A DNA stretch of 64,000 nt from positions 824,235 through 888,234 of the forward strand of contig JBBCGO010000001.1 of NCBI GenBank assembly GCA_037200925.1, written 5' to 3'. Made by a program: the position numbers and the translations under genes. Below the pieces are notes generated by a model, which made no database searches, was not told where the DNA came from, and saw only the letters and a program-made list of their open reading frames with translations. Below, piece by piece: positions 46,421 through 55,138 of the stretch (position 1 is its first letter; each line of letters begins with the position of its first letter). The DNA comes from Candidatus Doudnabacteria bacterium (GTDB taxonomy: Bacteria; Patescibacteriota; Doudnabacteria; UBA920; O2-02-FULL-48-8).

Positions 46421-46486
46421 CTCTACGTTTTTGCTTACGATTAAAAGAGAGTATACTATTAATTACAGATAATTAACCACAAAAAG

Positions 46487-46795
46487 ATGAAAAAAATCCT
46501 TTTAGCCGCTGCTGCCGTCGTGTTGCTGGCTGCCGCCTGCAACAGCCAGCAGGCGAGCAACCCCCCTCCACCGCCTCCAGTCGCGGCCAATCCGCCTGCT
46601 CCGCAGCCCCCTCCACCGCCCACTCCGCCGGCCAAGCAAAATTCGGCGCAAGACCAGGTCGACGCCACTGTTAATGATCTGAACGCGAGCATTAACAGCG
46701 AGAGTGCAATTAATTCGCAATCAGATGCCGACATCGCGAATTCTGACCAGTCGGTCGTCAATGATTCCAATGGAGTCTTAAATGCAAACTATTAA
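46487..46795 (+). CDS. Pro-rich lipoprotein, hypothetical
   Basis: Lipobox LLAAAC, then PPPPPPVAANPPAPQPPPPPTPP. Confidence 0.45.
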   Translation: MKKILLAAAAVVLLAAACNSQQASNPPPPPPVAANPPAPQPPPPPTPPAKQNSAQDQVDATVNDLNASINSESAINSQSDADIANSDQSVVNDSNGVLNANY

Positions 46796-47543
46796 AAAAA
46801 TTGCAGTCCTCGCTGCGGCTGCAGGCTTGCTCGCAAGCCCCCTGTTTGCTTTAGCTGTCGATACTTCGGTCAACGTTTCAGGGAACGCCAACGTAAATGT
46901 CGGCGCAAATTTTTGCTCCAGAATTAACAGCACTTCCAGCACTCTCAATAATTTGGTAGCCAAACTGCAAAATAATCGCGGCAAGTTCAGATCGCAGATG
47001 CTGCAGTCCTTGAGCAACCGCATCACCAGCCGCGCGTCTTCAGTTGCAAAGATCCGAGCTTCAGCTAAAGGCAACTTTGCCGCTGATATCGCCAAACTTA
47101 ACGCCAAGGCGACAACCGATGCGCAGAAAGCGGCGGTAGCCTCTTTCCAGGTTTCCGTCCAGGCAGCGCAAACTACCCGCCAGCAGGCTATCCAAGCCGC
47201 GATCAGCGCGTACATGACAGCCGTGCAGCAAGAGATCACGAACCGCGAAAACACGGTTCAGACAGCAGCAACCACTTTCCAATCAGCGGTCACCGCAGCT
47301 CTTGCCAAGGCCAAGTCGGACTGCGCCAGCAAGGTGGATTCGCCGACTGCGCGCGCAACTTTTGCCGCCAGTATTTCCAGCGCTAACACTACTTTCAAGG
47401 CTTCCGTGACAGGCCTGGCCACTGGCCAATTGATTGCTTTGGCGCAGACCCGCGACAATGCGATCCAGGCCGCCAACCAAGCTTTCAGAGCCAGTCTGCA
47501 ACAGGCGGTTGTAACGCTTAAAGCCGCATTCGCAACACCGTAA
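46782..47543 (+). CDS. Secreted Ala/Gln/Thr-rich alpha-helical protein, hypothetical
   Basis: Signal peptide followed by low-complexity helical repeats. Overlaps the previous ORF by 14 nt. Confidence 0.4.
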   Translation: MQTIKKIAVLAAAAGLLASPLFALAVDTSVNVSGNANVNVGANFCSRINSTSSTLNNLVAKLQNNRGKFRSQMLQSLSNRITSRASSVAKIRASAKGNFAADIAKLNAKATTDAQKAAVASFQVSVQAAQTTRQQAIQAAISAYMTAVQQEITNRENTVQTAATTFQSAVTAALAKAKSDCASKVDSPTARATFAASISSANTTFKASVTGLATGQLIALAQTRDNAIQAANQAFRASLQQAVVTLKAAFATP

Positions 47544-47558
47544 ATTGATGATTTCAGC

Positions 47559-47590
47559 AAAACGTCCCGGTAATCGGGGCGTTTTTGTTT
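47559..47590 (+). terminator. Rho-independent terminator
   Basis: AAAACGTCCCGgtaatCGGGGCGTTTTTGTTTTTG. Confidence 0.5.
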
Positions 47591-47795
47591 TTGACCGGGA
47601 TTTGTTATAATTGATACAATAATTTAAAGGCGCCAGAGTCGGCGATCAACCGACGAGCCGGTAGAAGAAAACCCATAGAACTACCCGCAAGTCCTGCGTA
47701 ACAGGGCAGAATTAAGAGCCAAATTGGGTTGGTACCTTTCCCGACAAGCCGGGAGAACCCAAAGAAAGTGGCTTTTTATTTTTTCCGCACCATAA
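47591..47795 (+). promoter_or_regulatory. ileS promoter (TTGACC-18-TACAAT) and T-box riboswitch leader (Ile specifier)
   Basis: T-box sequence AAATTGGGTTGGTACC (47721-47736) sits in the 5' arm of a long terminator hairpin (AGCCAAATTGGG...CCCGacaagcCGGG...CCCAAAGAAAGTGGCT) followed by TTTTTATTTTTT. A candidate specifier AUC-A lies in GGCGAUCAACCGAC. A stem-I-like GGTAG...CTACC hairpin is present. Confidence 0.6.
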
Positions 47796-47802
47796 CGAGT
47801 TT

Positions 47803-50800
47803 ATGAAGCAAACTTTTAAACCAATCGATCCGAAGCCTGACTTTCCCAAACTTGAGGAAGAGGTCTTAAAGTTTTGGGAAGACAATCAGATCTTCCAAAA
47901 ATCTTTGGAGCAGACGAAAAACGGCAAGCCGTACGTTTTTTATGACGGCCCGCCGTTTGCTACAGGTACACCGCATTACGGACATATTTTAGGTTCAACT
48001 GTAAAGGACCTGTTTCCGCGCTATCAGACTATGAACGGAAGATTTGTCCGCCGCCGCTGGGGCTGGGACTGCCATGGCCTGCCGATAGAAGAGATAGTTG
48101 AGCGGAAATTGGGGATCTCAGGCAAAAAGGACATTGAGAAGCTGGGCATAAAAAAATTCAACGAAACCTGCCGCTCAATGGTTTTGGAATATGTGGGCGA
48201 GTGGCGGAAGACCATCCGCCGAATTGCGCGCTGGGTTGATTTTGATAATTCTTACAAAACCATGGATCGCGACTACATGGAGTCCGTCTGGTGGGCATTC
48301 AAACAGATCTATGACAAAGGGTTGGTTTACGAAGGCCGCCGGGTGCTTCTTTATTGTCCTCGTTGCGAAACGCCGGTTTCAAATTTTGAAGTGGCTATGG
48401 ATAACAGTTATCAGGAAGTCACAGAAGAAGCGGTAACCGTAAAATTCAAAATCCAAAAGCAGAAGAACACTTATTTATTGGCCTGGACGACCACCCCCTG
48501 GACTTTGCCGGGCAATGTGGCCTTGGCTGTGGGTGCGGATATTGATTACGTAAAAGTTAAAGCAGGCGATGAGTTCTATATTTTGGCAAAAAAAACTGAA
48601 TAAAGACGGGACAATTATTGAAGAATTCAAAGGCTCCAAACTTGTCGGCTTGGAATACGAACCGTTATTTGATGTGCCTGATGTGAGATCAGACAAGTCA
48701 TTTAAAATTTATGCGGCTGACTTTGTGAATACCGAAGACGGCACCGGGGTCGTGCACACGGCCGTGGTTTACGGTGAAGATGACTATGATCTGGGGCTGA
48801 AAGTCGGTTTGCCCGTGGTTCCTTTGCTTGATGAAAAAGGAAAGTTTAATGATAAGGCGCCGAAGTTATTGCAAGGCGTATATTTTAAAGATTCGGAAAA
48901 AATCATTAAGAAAGACCTTGAGGGCAGGGGATTGTTGTTTGCAAAAAATCAGCACAAACATTCTTATCCGCATTGCTGGCGCTGTGGTACGACGCTTTAT
49001 TACAATGCCATCCCGGCCTGGTTCATGAATATCCAAAAGATCAAGAAAGGCCTTTTGGAAACAAATGACAAAGAGATCAACTGGTTCCCCGAGCATCTGA
49101 AACACGGCCGGTACGAAAAAAGCGTGGAAGCAGCCCCTGACTGGAATATTTCCCGCAACCGATACTGGGGCAACCCGATCCCGGTCTGGAAGTGCGAAGA
49201 CGGGCACAATACCGTGGTTGGCAGTATCAAGGATCTGGGTTTGGAAAGAAATACTTTTTATTTTTCAAGACACGGCCAAGCTGACCTGAACCTTACGATG
49301 GTGGCCAGTAATTATCCGGAAATTGTTATCAGCAGCCTGACTGATGAAGGAAAAAAACAAGCCGAAGCATTAGCGAATGACCTCCGGAAGAGCGGTGGTG
49401 TTGATCTGATATTTTCATCTGATTTGAAACGGACAAAGGAGACCGCAGAAATTGTCGGAAAATTACTCGGAGTTAAAGTGGTCGAGGATGAACGACTGAG
49501 GGAATACAATGTCGGCACATATAACGGCAAACCGGACGCTGACTATGACCGCGATTTTCCTGTTGAAGTGCGGTGGGATAAAGCCGCTCCCCAAGGGGAA
49601 ACCTGGAAGCAATTGCAAGAGCGGATGGTTGATTTTACTGAAGAAATCAATAAAAAATATCAAGATAAAAAAATACTCGTTGTTTCGCACGGCGACGCGC
49701 TATGGATGCTACAGAAATATTTTGGGTCAGAGCGAGAATACCCGAAGTTTGGCCAAGTTTTTGAAGTGTCCGTCAGCGTAACGGATCTGCACCGGCCGTA
49801 TATTGATGACATCGTTTTGAAGTGCAAACAATGCGGCAAGGACTCTCATAGAACGCCGGAAATCTTTGATTCCTGGGTGGAGGCCGGTTCCATGCCATTT
49901 GCGGAATATCATTATCCAATTGATCAGAAAGAAACATTTGAGTCACGCTTTCCGGCCCAGTTCATCTCCGAGTATATTGCCCAGACCAGAGCCTGGTTTT
50001 ACGTCATGCATGTCATCTCTTACAATTTATTCGGTAAAGCGCCGTTTGAAAACGTGGCGACCACAGGCACTATTCTGGCTGAAGACGGCGACAAGATGAG
50101 CAAGTCAAAAAATAACTATCCCGACCCTTGGATCGTGATCGATAAATATGGCGTGGATGCCCTGAGATTTTATCTAATGAATTCTTCTGTCATGAACGCT
50201 GACAATTTGAACTTCAGTGAGAAGGAATTGGGGGTTGTTTACCGCAAAAATATTCTGATCCTTTGGAATATTTATAATTATTTTGTGACTTATGCCAATG
50301 AAGCTGATTGGGAGCCGAAGGGACCCGGTTACAAACCGGATTTGACAAATGTTCTGGATCTTTGGATCGTAGCCAAGACACAAGATCTGGTAAACGAAGT
50401 TACGGAGCAGCTGGATAATTACAACACTGTGCGCGCAACGAGAGCGATAGAAAATTATATCAATGAACTTTCGACTTGGTATGTGAGAAGGAGCAGAGGA
50501 CGAAAAGACAGCCATTTCTTCGGTAGCCTCCGCCATGCGCTGATGGTTCTGGCAAAAGTTTCAGCTCCCGTAACGCCTTATCTGTCTGAACTGATCTACA
50601 GCAATTTGAATAAAAATCCGGATGTGATCTCGGTGCATCTGGCCAAGTGGCCGGAAAAGAAAGAGTTGACCGCTGAACAAAAAGAAATCTTGAGCCAGAT
50701 GCAGTTTGTCAGAGAAACGGTGGAACAAGGGCACGCGCTGCGGAAAAGATCAAACATAAAACTGCGCCAGCCTCTGGCCTCGGTTACCTATACGCTTAAA

Positions 50801-51145
50801 GATCAGTTATCAAAAGAATATGAGGATATTTTGGCTGACGAACTGAATGTCAAAGCCGTAAATTTCGGCAGCAAGCTTGAGTTTGATCTGAACATATCCC
50901 CGGAACTCAAAAAAGAAGGCTTAGCGCGCGAACTGGAACGGGCTGTTCAGGATATGCGCAAAAAGTCAGGCTTGCAGGTTGGCGAACAGGCCGATTTATC
51001 GTATGATACAGATGATGATGAATTAAAAGCCGCTTTTGAACTGTTCGACACCAAAAAGACTTATATCGGGAAGATTTCTCGGGAAAAGGGCGGAGAAATC
51101 GTTGAAATAGACGGGAAAAAAGCGGCGATTGCGTTAAAAAAGTGA
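47803..51145 (+). CDS. ileS: Isoleucine--tRNA ligase (eukaryote/archaeal-like type), interrupted by a +1 frameshift in an A8 tract and carrying an inserted histidine-phosphatase (PGM-like) domain
   Basis: HYGH, CP1/editing, KMSKS and C-terminal regions are all present. ORF1 (frame 1) ends ILAKKTE*. ORF2 (frame 2) continues FWQKKLNKDGTIIEEF. The two halves are colinear with a single IleS. Confidence 0.85.
48588..48595 (+). other. A8 homopolymer that is the site of the ileS frameshift
   Basis: GGCAAAAAAAACTG. Removing one A joins ...DEFYILAKK to LNKDGTIIEEFKGSKLVGLEYEPLF in one frame. Confidence 0.7.
49262..49780 (+). other. In-frame histidine-phosphatase (phosphoglycerate-mutase superfamily) domain inserted inside IleS
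   Basis: FSRHGQADLN (RHG motif) ... VVSHGDALWML (second catalytic His). It is flanked by IleS segments ...IPVWKCEDGHNTVVGSIKDLG and VTDLHRPYIDDIVLKCKQCG...FDSWVEAGSMPFAEYHYP, which are contiguous in other IleS proteins. Confidence 0.75.
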
Positions 51146-51684
51146 AATACAAGAAACTTACAGGAATCATCTTAAAGAAACAAAATTACAGGGAAGCCGA
51201 TCAGATTGTCAGCGTTTGGAGCAGGGAAGCCGGGAAAATAAGGGTTTTGGCCAGATCTCTGCGCAAACCTGCCAGTAAGCTTAACTATGCCATGCAGGAC
51301 CTGTCCGAAGTTGAGATTTTTGTTGCAGGCAATCATTTGCCGACCTTGATCGGGGCCAAACCCATCCGGCAATTCAAGAGCCTGGTCCAAGATCTGAAAA
51401 AGACGGCAATTGCGTTCTACGCTTCAGAGTTAATGCTGAAAATGACCGCTGACGAACATCCAAATCCGCCAGCCTATGATCTGCTCTCTGATTTTTTGGG
51501 CAAACTGGAAGAGCAATCAGCGGTAAATGATTATTTTTTGATCGACGGCTTTGCTTTGGGTTTGGCTTCCGTATTAGGATTTGGTTCTCCCAAGAAATCC
51601 AATTCTCACATTGACGTTAACAGGTTTATCGAATATATCATCGAGCGCAACGTTAAATCCGAACCATTCTTAATTTCAGTTTAA
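51142..51684 (+). CDS. recO: DNA repair protein RecO (short form)
   Basis: N-terminal OB-fold pattern TGIILKKQNYREADQIVSVWSREAGKIRVLARSLRK. YASELMLKMT helical region. Start overlaps the ileS stop (ATGA). Confidence 0.6.
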   Translation: MKYKKLTGIILKKQNYREADQIVSVWSREAGKIRVLARSLRKPASKLNYAMQDLSEVEIFVAGNHLPTLIGAKPIRQFKSLVQDLKKTAIAFYASELMLKMTADEHPNPPAYDLLSDFLGKLEEQSAVNDYFLIDGFALGLASVLGFGSPKKSNSHIDVNRFIEYIIERNVKSEPFLISV

Positions 51685-51688
51685 GTTT

Positions 51689-53464
51689 ATGCCCGACGAT
51701 CAGATTTTTGACGAGAAAACCCGCGAAGAGATACCAGTGGATTTCAACCGGCCGGAAAGCGGCTGGAAGAGATTTTTTAAAAATAAAAAAATAATCATCC
51801 CGTCGGCCGTGGCAATCGTTCTGCTCGGCGGAATTTTCTGGTATTTTTTGTCCCGGGGGACCACTCCAGTCAGCCCTACATCCACGAACGTTTTGCTGAC
51901 CGTGAAAGGTCCGGACCAGCTGACCTCAGGCAACGAAGCGGAATACGATATTAAATATCTCAATGGCGAAAATGCCGACTTGGTCGGAATTTCGATGGAA
52001 GTTTTTTATCCGTCCGGTTTTACATTCAAATCATCTACTCCGGTCGCCACGAATTCCACAGGCCAGGCTTTTAACCTGCCGATCTTAAAGCAGGGGGCGA
52101 GTTTCGAAATCGTGATCAGAGGAAAACTTTCCGGTTCCACGGGCGAGGATAAGGAAATTAAGGCCCGGTTGCATTACCGCTTGTCCAACTTCAACTCCGA
52201 ATTTATAGTGGAGCAGAGCAAACATACCGGTATTTTGCCGCCCAATCTGACCATGGATATCAACGGTCCGGTGGATGTCGTGAACGGCCAGAACACGACA
52301 TATACCATAAATTTTACCAATGTTTCTTCGCAGGATTTCGATAACCTGGCAGTACAGCTGACCTATCCCGAGGGCTTTATTTTTACTTCCAGCGTCCCGG
52401 CGCCTGCCAAGAACAACAGCTATTGGATCATCCCGAAACTTGCGAGCGGCAGTTCGTCGAATATCAATATCACAGGGAGTTTTACGGGGGATTCGTCGCA
52501 GGATTTGCTGGTCCGGGCCGATCTTGGGCAAATTATCAATAACACTTTTGCACCGCAGCTGGTTTCCACCGCTACTTTCAAGATCATTCCTTCTTCCTTA
52601 GCGTTGACAATCTCATCGACATCCAAGGACTACATCAAACTGGGAGACAGTATCCAGTACGCGCTGAAATATTCCAATCAGGGGAGTATCGGCTTGAGCA
52701 ATATTATTATCACCCTCAATCTGGACAGCCCAGCGGTGGATTTTACAAGGCTCACGGCGCAAAATGCGATCATCACCGGCAATACCCTGACCTGGAAAGC
52801 TGCGACCACGCCCGCCCTTGCGGCTTTATCTCCCAACGACAGCGGCGAGATCGATTTCTCGGTTCCGGTTAAGGACAATCTGCCGACCAATCTGAAAAAC
52901 CAGTCAGTCACAGCGTCTGCAACAATTTCATCGGATGAAATAACCCAGCCGACTCAGGCCACGGCTTTGGTGCTCAAATTGATCTCCGGCCTTGATCTTA
53001 CAGTTGACGGCAACTATGTTTCCGGCGTAGTTCCCATGCAGGTCGGCCAAACCACCATTTTTGCCATGACCTTCACGCTTTCTAATTTAAGCAATGATGT
53101 GTCGGGAACCACAGTCACGGCATCTTTGCCCTTGCCGCCAACCGCATGGAATAGTGTAATAGTCCCGGATTCGGAAAAACAGCGCTTAAGCTATGATCCC
53201 AATTCGGGAAAGATCAGTTGGAAGATCGGAACCCTGCCGGCATTCACCGGCAAGTTCACTCCGGCTTTGGTGGTAACATTCCAGCTGCAGGTCACGCCCA
53301 CGGAATCAGACCGCGGCAAACCGTTAAACCTGCTTTCGAATGTGCAGGCGGTGGGTACCGACACTTTTGTCAATCAGCCGATTCAAACCCAGAATATAAG
53401 TTCTGTATCCTCATCAAGCATTAATGATGATGTCTTGAATGTAAAGGGATCAATAGTACAGTAA
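51689..53464 (+). CDS. Membrane-anchored protein with repeated DUF11/CARDB-like beta-sandwich domains
   Basis: N-terminal TM helix. Repeated ...TYTINFTNVSSQDFDNLAVQLTYPEGFIFTSS...-type units occur four to five times. Confidence 0.5.
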   Translation: MPDDQIFDEKTREEIPVDFNRPESGWKRFFKNKKIIIPSAVAIVLLGGIFWYFLSRGTTPVSPTSTNVLLTVKGPDQLTSGNEAEYDIKYLNGENADLVGISMEVFYPSGFTFKSSTPVATNSTGQAFNLPILKQGASFEIVIRGKLSGSTGEDKEIKARLHYRLSNFNSEFIVEQSKHTGILPPNLTMDINGPVDVVNGQNTTYTINFTNVSSQDFDNLAVQLTYPEGFIFTSSVPAPAKNNSYWIIPKLASGSSSNINITGSFTGDSSQDLLVRADLGQIINNTFAPQLVSTATFKIIPSSLALTISSTSKDYIKLGDSIQYALKYSNQGSIGLSNIIITLNLDSPAVDFTRLTAQNAIITGNTLTWKAATTPALAALSPNDSGEIDFSVPVKDNLPTNLKNQSVTASATISSDEITQPTQATALVLKLISGLDLTVDGNYVSGVVPMQVGQTTIFAMTFTLSNLSNDVSGTTVTASLPLPPTAWNSVIVPDSEKQRLSYDPNSGKISWKIGTLPAFTGKFTPALVVTFQLQVTPTESDRGKPLNLLSNVQAVGTDTFVNQPIQTQNISSVSSSSINDDVLNVKGSIVQ

Positions 53465-53536
53465 ACGTGTAACTTGTAACTCAAAAAAAAACCGGAAATC
53501 AATTCCGGTTTTTATTACATGTTTTGCGTTACATTT

Positions 53537-54664
53537 TTAGGGCCTTACGTATGCCAGCGGATTAACTCGCGTGCCGTTCTTTATGATCTCAAAGTGCAAG
53601 TGGATACCTGTGACTCCGCGAACACGTCCGGTGTGGCCTTGTTTGGCGATCAGCTGGCCCTGCTTCACAGTATCACCGGCTTGCACGTAAAGCTCTGAAG
53701 CATGCCCATAGCGCGTTTTAAAACCATTGCCGTGGTTGATGACGATCGTGTTGCCGTAGCCGTTGGCCTGATAACCTGAGATTTCAACGAACCCGTCAGC
53801 CGCAGCATAGATCGGCTCCATTTTGCTGTCGGAAATATCCAGCCCGGTATGACGGGAGGAGAAGCCCTGCGTGATGTTGCGGACCGGGGTCGGCCATATG
53901 AAATTAACGGGTCCCGACAACAGATTATCCGGAGCAGCGGCTTGTTTTAAGGCGACCTGATTGCTGTCATCGCGGACGAACTGGGAAGGAGGTTTTGGCT
54001 TTGTCGGGACAGTGACATTATCCAAAGGGATGACTACAGTGGCGCCTACATCCAGATCGTCAAAAGATTCGATATTGTTGGCGTCAAGAAAATCATCCTC
54101 AGAAACCTTATATTTATTTAAGATCGATTCCAAAGTATCACCTTCCTTGAGCGTGTAGGTAATGCCGGTGATCGGCAAGATCGTCAGTTCTTGCCCCGGT
54201 TTTATGACGCTGGTCGTGTCCAGCTTATTTTCCATCATGATAGTTTGCGGGGAAATTCCGAAGCTGGTCGCGACACTGACAACAGAGTCGCCGGGCTGGA
54301 CGCTGTATTGGGTCAGGCCCTGGCGGTAGTTGTTCTGGGTATCAGCAGGATTGGTTTTTACTATCACGTCAGCCTGGATGGTGGTCGGGTCCGCGGTTGG
54401 AGTTTTTGCGCCCACTGACGCGCTCGCCAGGACTATGCCAAGGGAAGACTGGGCCTGCGCCGTATTTACGAACTGATCGCTGCCGGCCATGATCGTAGTG
54501 GTATCGCTGGAAGCCATGAGCCTGGTGTTCAGTTTCGGGTTGGCTTTAAGGAAAGAAAAAATCACGCTTTGATCATCGGAGGAAGAGATGAGGTTGGCGT
54601 GAGTGCTTAAGGAAAAATTAACCAAAACCGTAAAAGCGGCGATAGTTAAAACCACCAATTCCAA
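53537..54664 (-). CDS. LysM-domain M23-family peptidase
   Basis: Two LysM units (YSVQPGDSVVSVATSFGISPQTIM, YTLKEGDTLESILNKYKVSEDDFLDANNI) and M23 motifs HTGLDIS, YGHASE, GHTGRVRGVTGIHLHFEI. Confidence 0.8.
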   Translation of the reverse strand: MELVVLTIAAFTVLVNFSLSTHANLISSSDDQSVIFSFLKANPKLNTRLMASSDTTTIMAGSDQFVNTAQAQSSLGIVLASASVGAKTPTADPTTIQADVIVKTNPADTQNNYRQGLTQYSVQPGDSVVSVATSFGISPQTIMMENKLDTTSVIKPGQELTILPITGITYTLKEGDTLESILNKYKVSEDDFLDANNIESFDDLDVGATVVIPLDNVTVPTKPKPPSQFVRDDSNQVALKQAAAPDNLLSGPVNFIWPTPVRNITQGFSSRHTGLDISDSKMEPIYAAADGFVEISGYQANGYGNTIVINHGNGFKTRYGHASELYVQAGDTVKQGQLIAKQGHTGRVRGVTGIHLHFEIIKNGTRVNPLAYVRP

Positions 54665-55094
54665 ACTAAAACGGGCGACATAGTCCGGAACTGAGAGGGG
54701 AAGGAGATGGCGGGAGTGAAGAGACTTGAAAGGATGGATAGTGAACTTGCTATTCGATTTCCAGGATTCTGCGAACTTTTTGAGCGAAGGGATGAGGAAG
54801 GAAATAAGAACTCCTTGTATACACCAGTCAAAGGCTCACTTTTTCAACCGCAATAGGGATAAATAATCCGTAAAGTAAGCCAAATTATGGGCTAAATGTT
54901 CTTACACAAAACAACAATATTCGTAGCCCCAATCTTATCAAAATTAGCTAATTTGGTCAACACTTTACACACCGCTATATGTGCAAAAGTTGAAAAAAGG
55001 GCCAATTCAGGGGCTAATTTTCGTTATAATATCCACAAAAGAGCAGGTGACAGGTTAAAGATGATAGTAGGCAGCAAAAAAATGCGGTTTTTTT

Positions 55095-55129
55095 ATAACC
55101 TACAACCTAAAACCTATAACCTGTATAAT
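55095..55129 (+). promoter_or_regulatory. Four tandem heptamers (A-N-AACCT) running into a TATAAT -10 box only 9 nt upstream of the uvrD ATG
   Basis: ATAACCT ACAACCT AAAACCT ATAACCT G TATAAT. ATG at 55139 with no Shine-Dalgarno. Confidence 0.4.
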
Positions 55130-55138
55130 GCATGAGCC

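Noticed and set aside
46459-46770. 103-aa minus-strand Gly-rich ORF
   Set aside because: It is the reverse complement of the CCN-rich Pro stretch of the lipoprotein gene. The plus-strand gene has a signal peptide and lipobox.
55122-55129. Extended -10 (TGnTATAAT) call for the uvrD promoter
   Set aside because: The TG abuts TATAAT with no intervening nucleotide (cTGTATAAT). It therefore does not satisfy the -15/-14 TG spacing, and is reported as a plain -10 box.
54896-55135. 79-aa ORF in the uvrD upstream intergenic region
   Set aside because: It overlaps the heptamer-repeat promoter, and has no SD or recognisable motif. It is retained only as a remote possibility.
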